Positions 29,061 to 37,982 of a DNA stretch of 64,000 nt are shown here, one piece after another. Source of the stretch: an uncultured Gammaproteobacteria bacterium. GTDB taxonomy: Bacteria; Pseudomonadota; Gammaproteobacteria; UBA9214. The translations under genes and the position numbers were made by a program. The notes under the pieces are model-generated. The model did not search any database. It saw only the letters and a list, made by a program, of their open reading frames with translations, and had not been told where the DNA came from. The DNA is taken from assembly GCA_963827755.1 (NCBI GenBank), contig CAWHCQ010000004.1, positions 1 through 64,000 of the forward strand. The letters are read 5' to 3'. Within the stretch, counting starts at the first letter, position 1; every line of letters starts with the position of its first letter.

Positions 29061-30917
29061 TTGAGCGCAGTCTTGCAAGGCATATGCCACAGGAAGCAAT
29101 GGTCTGTCGCATCACCGAATATCCGGGCTGCGGATTCACAATCATGCAGTCCCGTTGCACACAAACATGCGCTGGCCTGGCGACGTCCTTCATTTGACGC
29201 CTTCGCGGATCTGCCGGGAAAAAGCGGCGGGTGGCTTGGGTTAAAGCGAAAAGAAGACCCGCTCTGGGTGGTGTTGATTACGCTGTGCACGCTGGGCACC
29301 TTGCTTGGCCTGTACAATCTGCGCACCCTGGATGATAACCGTCTGACCAGTTGGTGGTGGGTCTTTAACGACATTGCGCCGGTTGCATTTTTCCTGATGA
29401 TCGTGGCCGGTATTGCTCTGGCCTACGGGATTTCGAGGCTGTCTTTTCGTGGCCGGGCTGCGGTGCCGGCACTCTTCATGGCGGCGTTCCTTATTACTGC
29501 GGGCCTGTGGCAGCAACCGGAGGTGATCGTTGACGCTGCAAGACACTTCATGCAGGCCAAGTACCTCGAACTTCACGGAATCTGGTATTTCCTGTCAGCG
29601 TGGGGCAATGACATCCCGGCATGGACAGACCTGCCTCTGGCCCCGCTGATCTACGGGGTAATCTTCCAGGTCTTCGGCGAAAGCCGGCTCGCCATACAAA
29701 TTTTCACCAGCTTGCTGTTCTCGGCTACGGTGGTACTGACCTGCCTCATCGGCAAGACCTTGTGGTCCAGAGACCTCGGCTTGTTTGCCGGCATGCTGCT
29801 GCTCGGCATGCCCTATCTCCTGGTTCAGGTGCCACTGGTGATGGTCGATGTGGCAGCGATGTTCTTTCTGACACTGGCCGTGTTCGCAACTATCCTGGCC
29901 ATAACCCGCGGCGGTACGCTGTTCTGCGTGATGGCAGCGATAGCGATAACGCTGGCAATGCTGGCGAAATACTCGAACTGGCTGATGCTCAGCGTTGCGC
30001 CCATTATCGTACTGGCCCATGCGCGACTGGGCTGGAAGGTCGTTCTCCTGCGAGCGGCGTCAGTGGCGGCAGGCCTGCTGCTGCTTATGGGCACCTTCGT
30101 GTACCTGAAGTTTGACGTCGTTGCCGGGCAGATAAGTCTGCTGCACAGCTTTCAGGTGCCCGCTCTCGGACGCTGGGGGGAATCCCTGTTGTCCATGTTC
30201 TTTTTCCAGATTCATCCGTTTATAACCATATCTGCCGTGCTCTCCGTGTACCTCGCCGTAAAGAAGAGAGACGTAAAATACGCGATCATCGGCTGGATGT
30301 TGCTCGTCGTGATGGTTCTGGAGTTGCGGCGGATCCGCTACATGCTGGTTTTATTGCCCATGCTGGCACTGATGGCCGCATACGGACTGGAAGCACTAAA
30401 GCATGTCCAGTACAGGAAATTCATTGCGGCCAATACGGCGATCACTGCTGTCCTGATTGTCGTTGTTGGTTATCTCCCGTTTTCCCAGCGTACGAGCGCA
30501 AGCAACATCAAGCAGGCCGGTGAGTACCTCGATTCGATCCGGGCGGGCACGGCTGAAGTCTATGTACTTCCCCAGACAAACTCTTCGGTAAATCCTGCTG
30601 TGGCAGTGCCCATGCTGGATTTATTCACTGATCAGCAACTCGTCTACTACGCGGATGCAGGTACCGGGCCTGCCGCAGAGACGATTGCAAAGCTGCCCTG
30701 GCGATGGACCTGGGAGGTGGGCAGTCCGGAGTATCTGTCGCCAGTCGGCACATCCGGCGCGGTGTCGACCATTGTGGTTATTCAAAGCGAGGCGGAACAG
30801 GCGGTTCCGGATTCACTGGCGGAGCGTATTTACGGTTATCAGCTGAAGAAAGAATTCGCCGGGACGACTCGCGTATTCAGGTATCAAACAATTGTGAGAA
30901 TTTATCAGCGGGCATGA
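29061..30917 (+). CDS. GT-C fold glycosyltransferase (GT39/ArnT/PMT-like); start uncertain
   Basis: Many TM helices; D..RH..QA, DLPL.P.IYG..F..FGE, lumenal D (MVDV), LAKYS, RY....LP.LA; periplasmic C-terminal domain. Confidence 0.8.
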   Translation: MSAVLQGICHRKQWSVASPNIRAADSQSCSPVAHKHALAWRRPSFDAFADLPGKSGGWLGLKRKEDPLWVVLITLCTLGTLLGLYNLRTLDDNRLTSWWWVFNDIAPVAFFLMIVAGIALAYGISRLSFRGRAAVPALFMAAFLITAGLWQQPEVIVDAARHFMQAKYLELHGIWYFLSAWGNDIPAWTDLPLAPLIYGVIFQVFGESRLAIQIFTSLLFSATVVLTCLIGKTLWSRDLGLFAGMLLLGMPYLLVQVPLVMVDVAAMFFLTLAVFATILAITRGGTLFCVMAAIAITLAMLAKYSNWLMLSVAPIIVLAHARLGWKVVLLRAASVAAGLLLLMGTFVYLKFDVVAGQISLLHSFQVPALGRWGESLLSMFFFQIHPFITISAVLSVYLAVKKRDVKYAIIGWMLLVVMVLELRRIRYMLVLLPMLALMAAYGLEALKHVQYRKFIAANTAITAVLIVVVGYLPFSQRTSASNIKQAGEYLDSIRAGTAEVYVLPQTNSSVNPAVAVPMLDLFTDQQLVYYADAGTGPAAETIAKLPWRWTWEVGSPEYLSPVGTSGAVSTIVVIQSEAEQAVPDSLAERIYGYQLKKEFAGTTRVFRYQTIVRIYQRA

Positions 30918-30980
30918 GCCCCGGGTTTCCTGGTACGTAGAAATTACGTGCAGAAAATATAAGGTGAGGAGGAAAAGTCC

Positions 30981-32471
30981 ATGCAACAGCAAGTCGCAAG
31001 TGCAGCAACTGCCGATGCAGCAGTGGCAAAGATGACACTGGAAGAAGAGGCGAAAAGAAAAAAACGGTTCTGGGCAAACAGTCTGCTGGCATTTTTTGCA
31101 TTCATCAGCGTCGGGACCTATGTCTACAACGAGTACTACATCTATCTTTCGGTATACCTGTGGTTCGGAATGATTTACGGCATGTGCCTGCAGTACGGGA
31201 AATTCTGTTTCTCGTCGGCATTCAGGGACCTGTTTGCCATCAGGGTCCCGAGAATGCTGGTCGGCATCGTCATCGCAACGGTGCTGTTCGGGGTAGTATC
31301 GGCGCCGATCACAGCGATGGGGCTGAGCACCTTCCATGCTGCACCGGTCAGCAGTCATGCGATCATCGCCGGCGTGTTCTTCGGAATTGGCATGGTCATA
31401 GCCGGCGGCTGTGCATCGAGTTCCCTGTACAAGACCGGCGAGGGGAACATGAACGCGCTCATCGTGATTCTGTCCCTCAGCCTCACGCAGGCGTTGTTTG
31501 CCGACGTCGGCGGATGGGCCAACTATTTCGTACCGGAGGCCTGGGCACAGTCGGCGGCCGAGAAGGGTCTGCCTGCGTCAATCAATGTTACCGATGGCTG
31601 GGTCGACCAGTATCTCGCCGGCTACGTCTGGAACCAGCCGGCGCTGACCTATGCGAATGTACTGGGTTTGCAGACGGATTCGGTATCTGGCGCATTCGTG
31701 GGTAACTTGCTGGTGGGTATTCTCATTCCCGCAGCACTGCTGCTCGCCCTGGTCTACGCTATTTACTGGCGCAAGGGATACCGCAACAAACAGAAAAAGG
31801 CAGGCAAGGAGGTCAGTGGTCTCAGTGGCGAACTGGCCGGCTACTGGTCGATGATTATCGCAAACAAGCGGACCGCCATTGCCGGACTGATCCTGGGTAT
31901 CGCCTGTGCACTGCATATGCTTGTCATGCAGGGCTTGCGAGTGAAATTCGGCTTCAAAAATGCCGGGGTGTTGCTGGAGCGTATCGGCTGGGACTTCGGC
32001 CTGTCGGTACAGGGGACTGTCTTCGATCCGGGCTACTGGTATGTGACAACCCAGGAGGCACAATGGGTCGGCTGGACGCTGCAGAAAATGGGTATCAATA
32101 ACCTGGACAATATCTATTTCGGATTCGTCAATGGCATCCCGAACCCGGCGATCAATCCTGCCGACTGGATGTCCTTTGCGCTGATCGGCGGAGCGGCAAT
32201 CATCGCGCTCTACCACGACGAATTCAAGTTCAAGAAGCCCACCTGGGAGACCGCCATGTGGTCGGTTATCGGCGGATTTTTCATGGGCATCGGTGCGCGA
32301 CTTGGACTCGGGTGCAACGTGGGCGCCTTCTTCGTACGGGTCGCCAACGGCGACTGCTCGGGCTGGTTGTTCGGCCTGGGGATGGCGGGCGGGGCCTATC
32401 TGGGCGTCAAGTTCTTCAACTGGTGGACCGAGAAAAAGCTTGCCAAGGAAATGGAAGCGTGTGGTTTTTAA
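30981..32471 (+). CDS. yeeE: YeeE/YedE family sulfur-compound transporter (copy 2, long form)
   Basis: GKFCFSSAFRD, GIGMVIAGGCASS, GIGARLGLGCNVG (three conserved Cys); GAGGAGG RBS. Confidence 0.9.
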   Translation: MQQQVASAATADAAVAKMTLEEEAKRKKRFWANSLLAFFAFISVGTYVYNEYYIYLSVYLWFGMIYGMCLQYGKFCFSSAFRDLFAIRVPRMLVGIVIATVLFGVVSAPITAMGLSTFHAAPVSSHAIIAGVFFGIGMVIAGGCASSSLYKTGEGNMNALIVILSLSLTQALFADVGGWANYFVPEAWAQSAAEKGLPASINVTDGWVDQYLAGYVWNQPALTYANVLGLQTDSVSGAFVGNLLVGILIPAALLLALVYAIYWRKGYRNKQKKAGKEVSGLSGELAGYWSMIIANKRTAIAGLILGIACALHMLVMQGLRVKFGFKNAGVLLERIGWDFGLSVQGTVFDPGYWYVTTQEAQWVGWTLQKMGINNLDNIYFGFVNGIPNPAINPADWMSFALIGGAAIIALYHDEFKFKKPTWETAMWSVIGGFFMGIGARLGLGCNVGAFFVRVANGDCSGWLFGLGMAGGAYLGVKFFNWWTEKKLAKEMEACGF

Positions 32472-32500
32472 CTTAGTCAGTACATAACGGGGTATCTAAA

Positions 32501-32752
32501 ATGGGTATGAAATTCGAGAAGACCGACGATGGGCGTTATCGCCTGAACGTCAACGGGTATGTGTGTCCGCATCCGCAGATATACACAAAAAAGGCCCTGG
32601 AGAAGCTGGCCTCGGGCGAAGTCCTGGAGCTGATTTTTGACAATCCCTCATCTGGCGAATCCATTCAGCAAATGGTAGAGAATGACGGCAACGAGATGCT
32701 GGACCAGAAAAAAGAGAGTGGCCAGTTTATTTGGCAAATTCAGAAAGTATAG
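32501..32752 (+). CDS. tusA: TusA/YeeD-family sulfur carrier
   Basis: LNVNGYVCPHP (CPxP), KKAL..L..GEVLE...DNP.S..SI. Confidence 0.9.
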   Translation: MGMKFEKTDDGRYRLNVNGYVCPHPQIYTKKALEKLASGEVLELIFDNPSSGESIQQMVENDGNEMLDQKKESGQFIWQIQKV

Positions 32753-32860
32753 TTCCGTGGAGTTATCGCAGACTGTGTGATTGCCGGGTGGCGCCTGTCG
32801 TCGTTGAATGAGCAAACGATGAGAGTCATCCGATGGATAAGCGGATATAGAGGGGGCGTT

Positions 32861-33055
32861 ATGAAAAGTGATCTTTGGTTTGTATTTGCAGTGACTGCCG
32901 GGTTTCTGGGTTTTCTCATGGGCTACGGCGTGCCGCCGATGCAGGAGGTCGGTATCGCTGCCGTCGGTGGACACGGCGGCCCGGCGGTCGAGAGCGCCGC
33001 CGAGACCGACGCCGCGATGGAACAGTTCAGGGAACTGCAGAAGCTCACTGAATGA
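32861..33055 (+). CDS. Small single-pass membrane protein 1 (64 aa)
   Basis: GAGGGGG RBS then ATG; TM helix ending GFLMGYGVPP; acidic tail. Confidence 0.7.
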   Translation: MKSDLWFVFAVTAGFLGFLMGYGVPPMQEVGIAAVGGHGGPAVESAAETDAAMEQFRELQKLTE

Positions 33056-33152
33056 ATGCTGCGTGGGCCAGAGGTTCCGGGCAGCGTGTGCCCGGGCCGT
33101 GAAAGATGGCCCCGCTTGTATTGATGGTATAGCGAAACAAGAGGACAAAAAA

Positions 33153-33368
33153 TTGTCGAATATATATCTTCGAACAGCGATAACAGGCGGCGCGTTTATC
33201 GTGGCCTTTCTGCTGGGTTATAGCATCTCGGCGCGCACCGGGGTGGAACCCGGGTATTTTTCAGCGGTGGAGGTTGGCTCCTACGGCGCGCCGGAGGGGG
33301 AGAGTAAAATCGAAGGCCTGTCGGATCAGGATGCGGACTACTACAAGTCCCTGATGAACGAAGAATAG
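33153..33368 (+). CDS. Small single-pass membrane protein 2 (71 aa)
   Basis: GAGGA RBS then TTG; TM helix ending AFLLGYSIS; TGVEPGYF...GSYG; acidic tail. Confidence 0.7.
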   Translation: MSNIYLRTAITGGAFIVAFLLGYSISARTGVEPGYFSAVEVGSYGAPEGESKIEGLSDQDADYYKSLMNEE

Positions 33369-33524
33369 TCCAGTGCGATTGGCCAAAAGAGAAAAGCCTG
33401 TCGCGCGGATCGGTAGGGCTTGTTCGGTTGACGCCATGTCAGGAATCCAGCACAACGGCGCTTCGGGAAAGCCCGTTGCGCCGGTCATGCGATGGTCGAG
33501 ATGTAGCAGACCAGGCAAACCGCT

Positions 33525-34952
33525 ATGGATGTTCTGAATACGCAGTTCAATTACGCTGTGATCCTCGGGGGCGGGCCCTCGGGCCTGGCCGCGGGGCATG
33601 TGCTGTCTGAATCCGGGTGCAATGTCCTTGTCATCGAGCGCCAGGCGCGCGTCGGCGGTCTCGCCAAGACCCTCGAGCACCATGGCTTCAGATTCGACCT
33701 GGGCGGTCACCGCTTTATCACCGGCAACAAACAGCTGGAGAGCCTGGTAAGGGAAATTCTCGGGGGTGAACTGTTGACGGTCGAGCGTTCGAGCAAGATC
33801 CTGCTCGATGGCAAGCTCTATGACTACCCCATAACTGTTCGCAATGCCCTTTCCCGGCTCGGTTTGCGCAAGTCGATCAGGATAGGTGCGGACTATTTAC
33901 TGGAACAGATGCGCAAACGCTTTAGAAAGACCCCGATCATCTCGCTGGAAGACTGGGTCGTGCAGCACTTCGGGCGTTCCCTGTTCGAGTTGTTTTTCAA
34001 GGAATACAGCGAGAAGGTCTGGGGTATACCCTGTAACAGAATTGCCAGGGAGTGGGTCGCCGCGAGGATAAAGGGCCTGTCCCTCGGGGTGGCCATCAAG
34101 GCAGCATTCTCGCGCACCGGGTCGCGACGCCCGCGGACACTGGCGAATCAGTTTCTGTATCCGCCGCTTGGTATCGGACAGATCTGCGACGGCCTCAAAG
34201 CGCGGATAGACGAGATCGGTCAGGTAATGACGGATACGCGTGTGATCGGCATCAACCATGCGGATAACCGGATCCAGAGCATCATCGTAAAGGATGCCGG
34301 CGGCGTTCAGGGGTATACGGGCTACGAATTCATCTCCAGCATTCCATTGACGCTGGTCGTCCAGCTGCTTAATCCACAACCGCCCGCAGAGATCCTCCAG
34401 GCGGCGGCCAGCCTTCGATTCAGGGATCTCATCGTGGTGACCGTAATGATCAACCGGGAACATGTCACCGACCAAACCTGGATATACGTACCTGACTCGA
34501 CGGTACCCTTCGGCCGAATCCACGAACCGAAGAACTGGAGCGCCCGAATGGCGCCCGAGGGCAAGACTCACCTTGTGGTCGAGTATTTCTGCTTCAGGGA
34601 AGATGCTATCTGGGCGGAGACAGATACGATGCTTGCACAGCGCACAGTCCGTGAACTCGGCAAGCTCGGGATAATCGAAGTGGAAGAGGTTTACGACAGT
34701 GTAGTAATGAAGATACCAAACGCCTATCCGCTGTTCGAGGTGGACTATATCGAGAAACAGAAATGTATTGTTGATTATCTCGAGCGGTTCACGAACCTTG
34801 AGCTGGTCGGGCGGGGAGGCCAGTTCGAATACTACAATACCGATCACGCCATGGAGTCCGGTATCGCTGCGGCGGAGGCCATTCTTGCGCGAATCGATGG
34901 CACGGTCGCCGTGCGAACACCGGTGCTGGCAAGAGGCCGGGTATGCCCATGA
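33525..34952 (+). CDS. FAD-dependent oxidoreductase (protoporphyrinogen oxidase/UDP-galactopyranose mutase-like)
   Basis: GGGPSGL, VGGL..T, FDLGGHRF, YSEKVWG, FLYP..G.GQ, GRIHEPKNWS, AYP, GRGGQFEYYNTDHAM. Confidence 0.85.
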   Translation: MDVLNTQFNYAVILGGGPSGLAAGHVLSESGCNVLVIERQARVGGLAKTLEHHGFRFDLGGHRFITGNKQLESLVREILGGELLTVERSSKILLDGKLYDYPITVRNALSRLGLRKSIRIGADYLLEQMRKRFRKTPIISLEDWVVQHFGRSLFELFFKEYSEKVWGIPCNRIAREWVAARIKGLSLGVAIKAAFSRTGSRRPRTLANQFLYPPLGIGQICDGLKARIDEIGQVMTDTRVIGINHADNRIQSIIVKDAGGVQGYTGYEFISSIPLTLVVQLLNPQPPAEILQAAASLRFRDLIVVTVMINREHVTDQTWIYVPDSTVPFGRIHEPKNWSARMAPEGKTHLVVEYFCFREDAIWAETDTMLAQRTVRELGKLGIIEVEEVYDSVVMKIPNAYPLFEVDYIEKQKCIVDYLERFTNLELVGRGGQFEYYNTDHAMESGIAAAEAILARIDGTVAVRTPVLARGRVCP

Positions 34953-36439
34953 AGTGTGTGCTGATACATCCCGCGTGGTCCCCGGAGGAAATCTTCCCTG
35001 CCGGGACGGTCACGTCGCAGATCAACTACTGGCAGCCACTCGGCACCCTCTACGTGGGCGCCGCGATGCTCGAGGCGGGGCATGAGGTTGAGTTTTTGAA
35101 TGGTGCATTCATGACCCATGAGGCGATCATGGCGCGAGTTGCGGAGATCCGCCCGGAGTTCGCCGGCCTTTACTCGACGACCTTTGGCTTTTCGAAGGCG
35201 GTCCATACGGCGAACGCGCTCAAACAGTTCGACAGGGACATGTTCGTGTGTGTTGGCGGCCCCTATCCCATGGCCATGAAGTATCAGTGTCTCGAGGGGG
35301 AGGGGGCGAACTTCGATGCGGTGGTCACCGGCGAGGCCGAATTGGCGATCGTTGAGCTGCTCGAACGACTGGCGGGGGATATGGGTCTCACAGGTCTGGC
35401 GGGGGTGGATTTCAGGGTGGGCGGCGAGATTATCCGCAACCCGCCCCGCGCGCTGCTCGAAGACCTCGATTCACTGCCATTCCCGGCCCGGCACCTGCTG
35501 GGCGAGAAGGCGCACTACATCCCGCCGCCGGGTCAGTACCGGCGCAAGCCGGTCACGATCCTGATTACGTCGCGGGGCTGCGACAGACGCTGCATTTTCT
35601 GTTTTCAGGTCGACAAAGAGCGCCAGTATGGCAGCCGCGGAGTCCGGTTCCGCAGCGTCGAGAATGTCCTGCAGGAGATCGAGCTGTGCCTCGCCCAGGG
35701 CTATCGGGAGATCAAGTTCATCGACGACACGTTTGCCGCCAACTACGACCGGGCCATGGATATCTGCCGGGAGATAAAGCGACGCAAGCTCGATTTCACC
35801 TGGTTTGCCTCGGCCTGCGTGAACCAGGTCGACCCGCCGCTGCTGCAGGCCATGAAAGACGCCGGCTGCTGGGCGATCCTGTTCGGGGCGGATAGCGGCG
35901 TGCAGAAGACACTCAATTCACTGCGCAAGGCGACCACGCTCGAGATGATCCGGCGCGATGTCGCGTGGGCGAAACAGGCCGGTATCCGTGTGAGTACCCC
36001 GTTTATCTTCGGTGCGCCCGGCGAGACCTTCGAGGACGGACTGAAGACGATCGAATTCGCCGTGGAGCTCGATGCCGATCTGGCCAACTTCCATTCGCTC
36101 ACGCCGTTTCCGGGTACGCCGTTGCACGACAACCTGGAGAAATACGGGAGCGTCTCGGAGAATCTCTCGGATCGTACCTATCAGTCAGCTGCGTTCGTGC
36201 CCTATACGATGACGCGCGATGAAATCCTCAACTTGCGCCAGATTGCGTTCCGGCGTTTTTACACCCGGCCGAAGTTCCTGTTGCGCCGGTTACTGCAGAT
36301 GCGTTCCTGGAATGACCTGCGGGTCAATTTTCAGGGTCTGCGAAGCCTCTACCAGCTTTGGGCCACGCGTAATTTATTTCACGGCTGGAAAGGCAAGGCG
36401 GGAACGCCTGAAATCGCCGGGCGGAGCGCTGAGGAATGA
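34949..36439 (+). CDS. Cobalamin-binding radical SAM enzyme
   Basis: PLGTLYVGA, VGGPY, GEAE (B12 domain); TSRGCDRRCIFC (CxxxCxxC); FIDDTF; FIFGAPGET; PFPGTPL; ATGA overlap. Confidence 0.92.
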   Translation: MKCVLIHPAWSPEEIFPAGTVTSQINYWQPLGTLYVGAAMLEAGHEVEFLNGAFMTHEAIMARVAEIRPEFAGLYSTTFGFSKAVHTANALKQFDRDMFVCVGGPYPMAMKYQCLEGEGANFDAVVTGEAELAIVELLERLAGDMGLTGLAGVDFRVGGEIIRNPPRALLEDLDSLPFPARHLLGEKAHYIPPPGQYRRKPVTILITSRGCDRRCIFCFQVDKERQYGSRGVRFRSVENVLQEIELCLAQGYREIKFIDDTFAANYDRAMDICREIKRRKLDFTWFASACVNQVDPPLLQAMKDAGCWAILFGADSGVQKTLNSLRKATTLEMIRRDVAWAKQAGIRVSTPFIFGAPGETFEDGLKTIEFAVELDADLANFHSLTPFPGTPLHDNLEKYGSVSENLSDRTYQSAAFVPYTMTRDEILNLRQIAFRRFYTRPKFLLRRLLQMRSWNDLRVNFQGLRSLYQLWATRNLFHGWKGKAGTPEIAGRSAEE

Positions 36440-36490
36440 CGCTGCGGCGACTTGATTGTTCTCATCCATGAAAACAGGAGACCTGATACG

Positions 36491-36781
36491 ATGAACATTC
36501 TATTTGAGATATCATCGGGCGATGCGTCCAGTGTACTGGTGCCGCTGGCCCGGGCCTGCGATCGCAACGGGGTGACATGGAGCTGCTTTTTTACCGGCGA
36601 CGGCGTCAAGACCCTCGCGCGTGACGATGTCCGTGCAACAATCGCGGGGGCAGCGAGCGCGGCGGCCTGTGAAGTTTCCTGGGAACGCTACATGGGAGAC
36701 CAGCCCTGTCCCGTGGAGATAGGCAGCCAGACCAACAACAGCGCCATGGTCGGTGATGTCGACAAAATCGTCAGCCTTTAG
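36491..36781 (+). CDS. DsrE-like sulfur relay protein
   Basis: FFTGDGV and ACEVS (DsrE-type Cys), D.IVSL end; AGGAG RBS. Confidence 0.78.
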   Translation: MNILFEISSGDASSVLVPLARACDRNGVTWSCFFTGDGVKTLARDDVRATIAGAASAAACEVSWERYMGDQPCPVEIGSQTNNSAMVGDVDKIVSL

Positions 36782-36793
36782 GAGGGCATTCAA

Positions 36794-37066
36794 ATGGCAC
36801 AGAATAAATCAATCCTCATGCTTGGACGTCGGGACCCGACAGAGACCATGCGCGTTGCTGCGGGTCTGACGATTTTCAATCATACGCCGAGCATAGTGTT
36901 TCTGGTGCCGGTACCGGATACGCCCGAGAATGCCGAGATGGCGGAGTTGCTGGAGTTCTCGGATATCGAATCGAAGACCACGGTAGAAAATCAATCGCTT
37001 CCGCATATCGGGGCAGATGCCCTTGCTGCCGCCATCCTCGCAGCAGACGAGGTCATCAACATCTAG
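36794..37066 (+). CDS. DsrF-like protein
   Basis: E.MRVAAGL, ADEVINI end typical of the DsrEFH fold; follows dsrE-like gene; no Cys. Confidence 0.6.
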   Translation: MAQNKSILMLGRRDPTETMRVAAGLTIFNHTPSIVFLVPVPDTPENAEMAELLEFSDIESKTTVENQSLPHIGADALAAAILAADEVINI

Positions 37067-37092
37067 TCACAACAGCAAGAGGAGGCACCGGC

Positions 37093-37275
37093 ATGAAGAT
37101 CGTTGTTCTGAACACAGGAATGTTTCCCGAGAAAGGTGCGCTTGAGGACGCACTTGCGCAGCTTGGGTCTGACCACGAGGTTTCCCGGCATGATGCGGAG
37201 GGCGAGCACGCTGATGACGACTGGGACCGCACCGTGCAGGCAATCGTGTCCGCCGATCGGGTCATAACCCTCTGA
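37093..37275 (+). CDS. DsrH-like small protein
   Basis: GAGGAGG RBS; WD..V..I..ADRVITL end; third gene of the trio. Confidence 0.55.
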   Translation: MKIVVLNTGMFPEKGALEDALAQLGSDHEVSRHDAEGEHADDDWDRTVQAIVSADRVITL

Positions 37276-37439
37276 CGGACAACAGCCGCGTCCACGCGGG
37301 CACATCCGCCGGTCGCCCCTGCACGCCGAGGGAGAGAATCAGTTTGTACGAATCGCGCGTTGAGCCCCTGTGGTTTCCATTCCACCGGCCACGGCACAGC
37401 ACCACCATGTCATAACAATCGAATAAACAGGAGTGAAGC

Positions 37440-37886
37440 ATGAAGACACAACGTATTCTCGCACCGGTTGATGGTTCAAAATTGTGTCATTTCGCTCTCG
37501 ACGAGGCAGACAGGCTGGCTTCGCAGAGCGGTGGCGAATTGACCCTGATGTTCGTTCATGAGCCGGCAACGGTCCATCTCATGGATGATGATTTTCCGGA
37601 GCCTGCGGAGACGACAGAGTTATTGGCGGCGGCGGCGAAAAATATCATGGAAAAATGTGCTGGTGCGTGCATCACGCCCGAGAAACACCGGCACATTGTC
37701 ATCGAGCGCGGCTCACCGGCACAGACCATTATCGAACACTCGGGGGAGTACGACCTGATCGTCATGTCAACGCACGGGCACTCGGGAATGAAACACTTCC
37801 ATCTTGGCTCGGTGGCGGAGCGTGTGGTCCGCGGTTCGCACTGCGACGTGCTTGTGGTAAAACAGCCAAGTGACAGAAGCGATTGA
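37440..37886 (+). CDS. Universal stress protein (UspA family)
   Basis: RILAPVDGS, GSP...I, DLIVMSTHG.SG...LGSVAERVVR...C.VLVVK. Confidence 0.93.
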   Translation: MKTQRILAPVDGSKLCHFALDEADRLASQSGGELTLMFVHEPATVHLMDDDFPEPAETTELLAAAAKNIMEKCAGACITPEKHRHIVIERGSPAQTIIEHSGEYDLIVMSTHGHSGMKHFHLGSVAERVVRGSHCDVLVVKQPSDRSD

Positions 37887-37982
37887 GCTGACTGGCAGCG
37901 ATCCGCTGTGCCTGAATGCGCGGGCAACAGGAAAATGATGTGCATCGCGGGCGAATGCAGGACTGTATATCGATAGCCGCGC

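Noticed and set aside
33369-33524. Possible cobalamin or c-di-GMP riboswitch upstream of the FAD oxidoreductase/B12-rSAM genes
   Set aside because: There is a hairpin and a GGCAAACC stretch, but the B12 box and the remaining GEMM elements are missing; an Rfam scan would settle it.
33525-36439. Reading the FAD oxidoreductase and B12 radical SAM as hemY and bchE (tetrapyrrole synthesis)
   Set aside because: No other heme or bacteriochlorophyll genes are nearby, and the glycosyltransferase context fits sugar-modifying members of these broad families better.
37273-37275. TGA read-through as selenocysteine in sulfur-relay genes
   Set aside because: The TGA follows a typical DsrH-like C-terminal strand, and the catalytic positions in the rhodanese, TusA, YeeE and DsrE-like proteins are ordinary Cys codons.
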